NCBI GenBank assembly: GCA_035342335.1
Contig: DAOQWY010000015.1
Coordinates: forward strand, 6,971 to 70,970
DNA from: Bacteroidales bacterium
GTDB taxonomy: Bacteria > Bacteroidota > Bacteroidia > Bacteroidales > JAGONC01
Direction: 5' to 3'
DNA length: 64,000 nt
A model generated the notes under the pieces. It was not told the DNA's origin. It was given only the letters and a program-made list of their open reading frames with translations, and ran no database searches. Shown here piece by piece: positions 56,118-64,000 of the stretch; the stretch's first letter is position 1; the number at the start of each line of letters is the position of its first letter. A program made the position numbers and the translations under genes.

Positions 56118-56757
56118 CCGGCTGCTTGAACACTACCTGGGAGGTGAAACATCGCTGGATGAGGAAAAGACCCTGCGGGATTTTTTCTCTCAAAAGGACC
56201 TTCCGGACAAATACAAGCCCTTCACGGAGATGTTTCAGGCCTGCCAGGCAGTTGCATCCGGCCGGCTGAACGACCGCGGATTTGAGAAACAATGGTCAGC
56301 AAGGTTCAGAGGGAAATCCACACCGGCCCAACCAATTTTTTCTGCCAGCCGCTGGTATCTCATCACAGGGATCGCCGCCACCGTCCTTCTCGCCATCATC
56401 CTATTTGTCCCTGTTCAACGATTGCCGGGCCTCAAACTGTTCTCACAAAAGATCGATGACACATTTGATGATCCCCGGCAGGCTTATCAGGAAACCATCA
56501 AGGCATTGCTGATCGTTTCTGAAAAATTCAATGCGGGCACTGACCAGGCGAAAGATCTGGGCAAGCTGGATCTTGGCCTGCAGAAAGCCGGCAAAATGCT
56601 GACGATGAACCGGAACCTCAAAGACGTGGGAGAACTGGACCGGTTGAATGCGGATGTCATCCCGGTTGGTAAGTTAAGTAAAATGGATGAAGGGATCCAG
56701 GAAACCGAAAAACTGTCGAAATTCAATGAAGATCAACTTAAAATCAATAACCTTTAA
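56098..56757 (+). CDS. putative anti-sigma factor / membrane protein
   Basis: The ATG at 56098 overlaps the end of the sigma gene by 20 nt. The N-terminus MNFNEIDRLLEHYLGGETSLDEEKTLRDFF is typical of small Bacteroidota anti-sigma-like proteins. One TM segment (WYLITGIAATVLLAIILFV). Confidence 0.45.
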   Translation: MNFNEIDRLLEHYLGGETSLDEEKTLRDFFSQKDLPDKYKPFTEMFQACQAVASGRLNDRGFEKQWSARFRGKSTPAQPIFSASRWYLITGIAATVLLAIILFVPVQRLPGLKLFSQKIDDTFDDPRQAYQETIKALLIVSEKFNAGTDQAKDLGKLDLGLQKAGKMLTMNRNLKDVGELDRLNADVIPVGKLSKMDEGIQETEKLSKFNEDQLKINNL

Positions 56758-56768
56758 ACATTTAACCG

Positions 56769-57311
56769 ATGAAAACACTGGTATTTAGAATTTTACTGAT
56801 TTCACTGCTCTGCAGCCCTGTTCTTTTAACTGCCCAGAACAGTCCGATGGATAAGCTTTTCAAGAAGTACGCCGGACAAGATTGCTTTACCACGGTATCC
56901 ATCTCCAAAGACATGTTTCAGCTTTTCAGCGACATTGAAGGTGGCGAAAATGATAAGGATTTCAAGGAATTTCAGGGTATGATCAGCCAGCTCGACGGAT
57001 TGAGAATTCTGACCTATTCACAATCAAGCGATTGTCAGGGAATTAATTTTTATGAGGAGCTGACCACCGTGTATCCGATCCAAAAGTATACGGAATTGAT
57101 GACCGTGCAGGAGAAGGATGAAATGATCAATTTCTACATTCTGAAGGAAGGCAATAAGATCCCTGAATTGCTCATGATCGCACGGGAGCCGGGTGAAATA
57201 GTTGCCCTGAGCCTGACAGGAAATATTGACCTTTCCTATATATCGAAGCTGGGTAAGACCATGAAAATTGATGGTCTGGATAATCTTGAAAAAATCGAAG
57301 AAGAAAAATAA
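56769..57311 (+). CDS. DUF4252 domain protein
   Basis: Signal peptide followed by MDKLFKKYAGQDCFTTVSISKDMFQLF...ISQLDGLRILTY, as in DUF4252 proteins that accompany ECF sigma factors in Bacteroidota. Confidence 0.65.
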   Translation: MKTLVFRILLISLLCSPVLLTAQNSPMDKLFKKYAGQDCFTTVSISKDMFQLFSDIEGGENDKDFKEFQGMISQLDGLRILTYSQSSDCQGINFYEELTTVYPIQKYTELMTVQEKDEMINFYILKEGNKIPELLMIAREPGEIVALSLTGNIDLSYISKLGKTMKIDGLDNLEKIEEEK

Positions 57312-57318
57312 GAGCGTC

Positions 57319-59403
57319 TTAAAAACGGTACCTCAACTGGATTTTAAGGTCGCTTTTATGCCTGGCCAGGATTTCGTCAAGGCCCGAACCGACCGAAGGT
57401 TGATCAATGAACATCGTGCGGGAATACCGGATCCAAACATCCAGCCACCCTTTTAACATATAATGAATAATTAAATATGTTTTTGTCCCGGCGGCGTAAT
57501 ACGCCGGAGCTGAAAAGGCATATAAAACATCCCTTTCGTAAGCGTAGATGCGGTCAGCATAATTCCCGACATCGAAAACGGCATAGCGGACGGCCACCTC
57601 AACAGGTCGGTTCACTGGCCGGTAATCAAGGTCTGCGGCCACCAGGTACCCAGGTCTTCCGGTTCCCATACCTGTCCCTGAAAGGTTCATGTAAAGCTGA
57701 TTTTTGAATGTAAGGGAAGAACTTACGCTGTAGTTGAATCCTGCTGAAATGAGAAAGGAATTGAGTTCCCGGGCAGGTCTGATGTGGGCACACGAACCGG
57801 TCACATTCTGTGCACTGGTTTTACAGATGAACCTCACTTGGCACTGTGCTCTGGAGTTCAGCCTGAAGCCGGATAAAACATAAAACTCTACCGCGGTTGA
57901 AGGTTTATCTAGGCGGTATGAGATCCAGGGAAACCGTATCAGGCTGGCACCCGCCGTGCATGTCAGTGTTTTGGAAACCAATACTTCAAGCGACCATGAA
58001 AGGTTTCGCTCATTGTTGCTGGGTTGATGTTTGCCAAAGGCTGATGAAAGGGGATTGTAAAACCGTGCAGGATAGTGACCGTACACGAGGGTATGTTTGA
58101 ACCGGGGGTGTGCATACCAGAGCATCCCGGTGATCATCCCGGGCGGATGTCCTGTTCTCCAGGTAACTTCACCAAAGATCATCACGTGGGGAAGCAACAG
58201 GCGAAAATCCAGGCCCAGCAGGGTCATCTTTTCTCCCGGATCCGCAAATCGTTTGTAAGGTGTGGTCCGGGGGGTGAAAGCCGGATGGAAGCTGTTCCGG
58301 AATCCCGTTGCTCCCAGCTGGATGAAATGATTTCTGAACGATAGATGTCCTCCGTAAAGGAGATTCTGCACCTGGTTCTTGTTGCTGATCTCACTCAGGG
58401 TGCGGTGGTAGCCGGTTGTGACCAGACTCCCTGTTCCCTCAGTCGGGTCAAGCGTGTCACTCTCGTTCAGGCGGGCATCCAGTTTTTTATGGGAAACAAA
58501 GACCACCCAGCCTATCTTACCCATTCTGAAAGTGGCAGCCATTCCCCTCAGGCCGCTGGATTCATTGGAAGAAGTATGCGGGCGTGCAGGATTCGTAAAT
58601 TTATAGGGCTGGTACAATCCCCGCGATGAGGTCATCATACCCGAACTGTTCAGGGTAAGCCCCTGCCCGAACCCCACCTGATAATCACCGATGATGACGG
58701 ATTGCACTACTTTTTGGGGTGTGATCATCAGGTAGCCCGCCTGGTGATCAAATCCCTGCTTCTGGGAACTCCTTAACAGTTGCTCACCTGCATCTTTTTC
58801 AGCCACAAATCCCAGTTGGATCAAACTGCCTGCCCTTGCAGTGAACCGGATCAGTACCCTGGAGGGGTCACCCAGGTAGTTCTCCTGGCGGTCTGTCGTA
58901 TCATTCGTATGAATGAAGCCCTTTTGCCTTTCCAGTACACGGCCATATCTTAAAAGAAGGGTTCCCCGGGTTTGTTTCAACAGGAGGAGAGGGTTCAGGG
59001 AAGCTCTCTTCTCCACCGGTATGGTACGGATCAGGGGCAGGATCCGTTCAAGTGTCCTGTCATCAAATCCCTGGATGGCCTTCAGTTCATATATGGTCAG
59101 CAAAGGACCGTATTTACGGATATAATCTTCCAGGTACCGGATCTGGTCGGGCGTCAGCTGAAGATGATCTGCCAGCATGAACGGATCGGCGTTGTTCAGG
59201 TTGATCCGTTTGTTGCCGGAGTTATTTTCCGCGTAAAGAATATCGCTGGCATCCACATTCTCATCATAATTACCCGAAAGTTCCTCGACGATGTATTCCT
59301 GGTCGGCAGCGAGCCCATCTGTCAGCGAATCGGCGGTCTGTGACGACAGGATGCCGGGCAGCAGCAGAAGTCCTATGCAAAGGGTGAACCGTCGGCGTCT
59401 CAT
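57319..59403 (-). CDS. outer-membrane protein with N-terminal ComEA-like helix-hairpin-helix domain
   Basis: 694 aa. Signal MRRRRFTLCIGLLLLPGILSSQ. The HhH pair INLNNADPFMLADHLQLTPDQIRYLEDYIRKYGPLLTIYELKAIQGFDDRTLERILPLI parallels the ComEA pattern. The remainder is rich in alternating beta-strand-like sequence and ends in LRYRF. Confidence 0.65.
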   Translation of the reverse strand: MRRRRFTLCIGLLLLPGILSSQTADSLTDGLAADQEYIVEELSGNYDENVDASDILYAENNSGNKRINLNNADPFMLADHLQLTPDQIRYLEDYIRKYGPLLTIYELKAIQGFDDRTLERILPLIRTIPVEKRASLNPLLLLKQTRGTLLLRYGRVLERQKGFIHTNDTTDRQENYLGDPSRVLIRFTARAGSLIQLGFVAEKDAGEQLLRSSQKQGFDHQAGYLMITPQKVVQSVIIGDYQVGFGQGLTLNSSGMMTSSRGLYQPYKFTNPARPHTSSNESSGLRGMAATFRMGKIGWVVFVSHKKLDARLNESDTLDPTEGTGSLVTTGYHRTLSEISNKNQVQNLLYGGHLSFRNHFIQLGATGFRNSFHPAFTPRTTPYKRFADPGEKMTLLGLDFRLLLPHVMIFGEVTWRTGHPPGMITGMLWYAHPRFKHTLVYGHYPARFYNPLSSAFGKHQPSNNERNLSWSLEVLVSKTLTCTAGASLIRFPWISYRLDKPSTAVEFYVLSGFRLNSRAQCQVRFICKTSAQNVTGSCAHIRPARELNSFLISAGFNYSVSSSLTFKNQLYMNLSGTGMGTGRPGYLVAADLDYRPVNRPVEVAVRYAVFDVGNYADRIYAYERDVLYAFSAPAYYAAGTKTYLIIHYMLKGWLDVWIRYSRTMFIDQPSVGSGLDEILARHKSDLKIQLRYRF

Positions 59404-59415
59404 TTCCGGGTAGGG

Positions 59416-60243
59416 TTAACGGGACACGTAATGGATGGAAACCTGTGGATACCAGCCAAGTTGCTGGTGCATCGCGGCCGAAAGGTCCATATACACTCGG
59501 TTCCAGTGTATGCCTGTACCAAAGCACACCTGGACCGGATGGGCCATCACACCTGACCGGAAGGTGATGGAAGGGGATAATTCATATTCGAATCCTGCCA
59601 TGAATTGGATATCGGCAACCGGATCTTTCTCAGCCTGAACTGCAAGAATGATCTTATCGGATAAGTGATAACCCAATCCCATTTGAATCAGGGCATTTTC
59701 TGTCATGAATCCCCCGTTTTCCCCAGCCATCCATGTTACAGGATCCACCACGTGGACGGCCAGGAAGAGGTCGCGTGTGATGCGGGTAATGATCCCTGCC
59801 TCGAAACTGAGCTGGCTCCGGCGATAACTTTTTTCCTTGAAGAAAACATAGGAATAGTCAAGCTGCAGACCTGCATGGAAATGCTGTCCGAAACTTCGGG
59901 CGAAAGAAAGACCTGCCCTGTTTTCATTATAGGCATTGTGGCCGAAACGGGTGAAGGACAGCCCTGCCACACCCGGTTTGGCCGGAATGAGAATAAAGCC
60001 GGCCTGGTAGCCCAGTTCGTTCAGCAGGAAACGGTTTTCGGCATACATGCCAAACACCAGGGTGGTACAGGAAACCGTGCCCGCCTGGTTATTGATGATG
60101 GCCCACGGATCAAAAAGTGCGACCGAAGCCTGAGCCATGGCGGCTGACCGGCCTCCGGCAGGTTTCAGCCCAATTGCAGCAGATTCCAGGGTGGATTGCA
60201 CCACAAAGGCTATGAGGATCAACCAGGTTCCGTATCGTTTCAT
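59416..60243 (-). CDS. putative outer-membrane beta-barrel protein
   Basis: 275 aa. Signal peptide, GGRSAAMAQASVALFDPWAIINNQAG (PorV/PorQ/FadL-like N-terminal pattern), then alternating strands. It ends 12 nt upstream of the HhH gene. Confidence 0.45.
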   Translation of the reverse strand: MKRYGTWLILIAFVVQSTLESAAIGLKPAGGRSAAMAQASVALFDPWAIINNQAGTVSCTTLVFGMYAENRFLLNELGYQAGFILIPAKPGVAGLSFTRFGHNAYNENRAGLSFARSFGQHFHAGLQLDYSYVFFKEKSYRRSQLSFEAGIITRITRDLFLAVHVVDPVTWMAGENGGFMTENALIQMGLGYHLSDKIILAVQAEKDPVADIQFMAGFEYELSPSITFRSGVMAHPVQVCFGTGIHWNRVYMDLSAAMHQQLGWYPQVSIHYVSR

Positions 60244-60355
60244 CGGTTAGAGCATTCTTTATACCTGTTAATACGATTAAGCCGATTTTGTGACCCTGCC
60301 GGCAGGGAAAAGTTTTCTTTTTTTCATACTTTTATGCCGTTCAAATTTGAAAGGA

Positions 60356-61021
60356 ATGAATACAGGCAAGATCTTGGAGTTTCTTCAGGAATTACAGCAG
60401 AACAACACCAGGGAATGGTTTGGGCAGAACAAATCCCGTTTTGATCAGCTGCGAAGCGATTTTGAATCGTTTCTGAACGAGTTGATTCCGGAAGTCCATA
60501 AGGTTGATCCAGGCATCGGGCTGGTGGCGGCGAAGGATTGTATGTTCCGGATTTACAGGGATGTCCGTTTTTCGAAGGACAAAGCCCCCTACAAAACGAA
60601 TTTCGGCGCCTTTATAGCGGAAAATGGGCGAAAGAGCCTCAAAGCGGGGTATTATTTTCATCTTTCCCCCGAAGAAAGTTTTCTGGGAGGAGGGATCTAC
60701 ATGCCATCGCCGGAGATTTTAAAAGCAATAAGGCAGGAGGTTTACTTCAATTCGGAGGAATTGAAGCAGATCATGAGTGAGCCGGACTTCAGGAGGATTT
60801 ACGGCGGGGTGCACGATATGGAAGATAAGCTGAAGAAACCGCCCAAGGATTATCCTGCTGATTTCAAGGATATGGATTTACTCAGGCACAAAAGCTATAC
60901 GGTCTGGCATACGCTGACGGAGGAGGAGCTCAGCAGTCAGGCACTGCTGGGAGCGATCGTTCAGAAATTCAAGGCAATGGTACCTTTCAATGCGTTTTTG
61001 AACCGGATTTTTCTCGGGTAG
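60356..61021 (+). CDS. DUF2461 (TIGR02453) family protein
   Basis: ATG at 60356 (MNTGKILEFLQELQQNNTREWF). FRIYRDVRFSKDKAPYKTNFGAFI is the family hallmark. Confidence 0.75.
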   Translation: MNTGKILEFLQELQQNNTREWFGQNKSRFDQLRSDFESFLNELIPEVHKVDPGIGLVAAKDCMFRIYRDVRFSKDKAPYKTNFGAFIAENGRKSLKAGYYFHLSPEESFLGGGIYMPSPEILKAIRQEVYFNSEELKQIMSEPDFRRIYGGVHDMEDKLKKPPKDYPADFKDMDLLRHKSYTVWHTLTEEELSSQALLGAIVQKFKAMVPFNAFLNRIFLG

Positions 61022-61026
61022 GAGTA

Positions 61027-62997
<1,971 letters not shown>

Positions 62998-63123
62998 TTA
63001 CTTAGTCAACAATCGAACCATATGCGAAGGTAAGAATATTTTCAATAGGAATTACCCGGGAAGACGATCAAAAGTGAGGTTTTTATTAACAATTTTTCAC
63101 CGATCCTGGCGCTGTTAATATAC

Positions 63124-64000
63124 TCAGAATGCGTACGTTACGCCAATAAGGCCATTCAGTTTCTGACTGGCATAGTTATTCCATCGATAATAGGTCTGGT
63201 TGGTCAGGTTATTGAGCTGGATGAAGCCTGATAAATTCTTGTTGTAACGGTATTCCAGCCCCAGGTTCACATCCAGGTAACCCTTCAGTTCTTTCGGTGC
63301 CGGCAGGCCGTCTTGCCAGGTTTTGGCAAAGGTTTTTCCGTTGTAGATGAAACTTGCCGTCAGCAGGAACTTGTCCTGAAGGTTATACTTGCCGGAAAGC
63401 AGCAAATCATAGGCTGGCTTATGCCACGCTTCGGCTTCGTGGTCCAGGGAGTACTTATAATAATTGGCCATCAATGAAAACCCTAGCCGTTCTGTTTTCC
63501 GGAAGGTGATCTCGGTTTTTCCGTGGATGACTGACCCGTCATCATAAATGACCGCAAATTGATTCTCAAGGTCTTTATTTCTTTGTGTGGAGGTGTCATT
63601 GACGAAAAAAGCCAGGTTCCGGCATCCGGAACCGGAAACCTGAACCATCCAGTCGACAAATTTTCCAATCCGTGAATTGATCCCGCCATAAAGATGATAC
63701 CTTTCGCTGGTGAACCTCATCTGCGGAGTAGCATTCAGGAATGGATTTGCATCGCTGAGTTTTCTGAAGTTCATTCTTTCAATTCCCCCTTTCAAACCCA
63801 GGTATGCTTTCAGGGAACCGGGCAGGATGGCCACAGCCACTTCAACAAGCGGGTAAAAATGAATTTTTGATAGGGAATCGATGCCAACTGATGCATTGAA
63901 CCCAATCCTGAAACTGTATTCATCCATGAACACATCCAGCACAGGCTCAAGTCCTATCAACGCACTGGTTGACTGGACAAGGGAATCGGCATTCCCAAAG
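63124..64000 (-). CDS. outer-membrane beta-barrel protein, C-terminal part (5' end beyond window end)
   Basis: The frame stays open upstream of the listed TTG at 63960 through position 64000. The C-terminus NLTNQTYYRWNNYASQKLNGLIGVTYAF has the aromatic-terminal pattern of TonB-dependent-receptor/porin barrels. Confidence 0.55.
   Translation of the reverse strand, partial: FGNADSLVQSTSALIGLEPVLDVFMDEYSFRIGFNASVGIDSLSKIHFYPLVEVAVAILPGSLKAYLGLKGGIERMNFRKLSDANPFLNATPQMRFTSERYHLYGGINSRIGKFVDWMVQVSGSGCRNLAFFVNDTSTQRNKDLENQFAVIYDDGSVIHGKTEITFRKTERLGFSLMANYYKYSLDHEAEAWHKPAYDLLLSGKYNLQDKFLLTASFIYNGKTFAKTWQDGLPAPKELKGYLDVNLGLEYRYNKNLSGFIQLNNLTNQTYYRWNNYASQKLNGLIGVTYAF

Noticed and set aside
60294-60325. 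A GC palindrome ccctgccggcaggg followed by a T-rich run, which looks like an intrinsic terminator on the + strand.
   Set aside because: No + strand gene lies upstream of it, since it sits in the divergent spacer between the 59416-60243 gene and the DUF2461 gene. The loop would be only 2-4 nt. It may be an operator or chance, and the evidence is not enough for a feature.

Overview
This looks like a chromosomal segment of a Bacteroidota-type genome. The evidence is a T9SS C-terminal sorting domain, a TonB-dependent receptor with a carboxypeptidase-regulatory-like N-terminus, an ECF sigma/DUF4252 module, a Tat-exported GH109-like oxidoreductase and several TAnnTTTG -7 promoter boxes. I call about 55 protein genes and one tRNA-Pro(GGG). 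I saw no rRNA, CRISPR, integrase, transposase or recognisable defence genes.

From 26 kb to 64 kb the content is mostly housekeeping: trxB, a CDF transporter, purL, deoD, an acyl-CoA ligase, holA, amn, rsmD, coaD, pyrE, birA, rsfS, ftsH, cdsA, psd, an SPFH protein, a radical-SAM protein, a POT transporter and gyrB. From 0 to 26 kb it looks more accessory: a TonB receptor, a GH109-like enzyme, a PKD+GEVED secreted protein, an ion-transport locus, a T9SS papain-like peptidase and a 1426-aa GEVED/dockerin repeat protein.

Leads, in my order of interest:
1. A single 1699-aa ORF (10401-15500) fuses an SLC12/CCC-type cation-chloride cotransporter to a long helical region and a C-terminal P-loop ATPase plus winged-helix-like tail. 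It is flanked by two MscS-like genes.
2. A family of composite short-period tandem arrays (7, 8 and 10 bp units) fills four intergenic spacers. Two of them (4478-4698 and 55277-55540) are inverted copies of the same three-part element, each oriented the same way relative to the start codon just downstream. Two others bracket one acyl-CoA ligase gene.
3. The modular GEVED/dockerin giant protein contains a 259-bp perfect internal duplication.
4. A C39-peptidase ABC exporter and HlyD adaptor have no visible substrate peptide gene.
5. An outer-membrane protein with a ComEA-like helix-hairpin-helix N-terminus sits in an operon with a small beta-barrel.

All family assignments come from motif recognition by eye. 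No searches or computations beyond hand counting were possible, so I cannot establish novelty for any of these.
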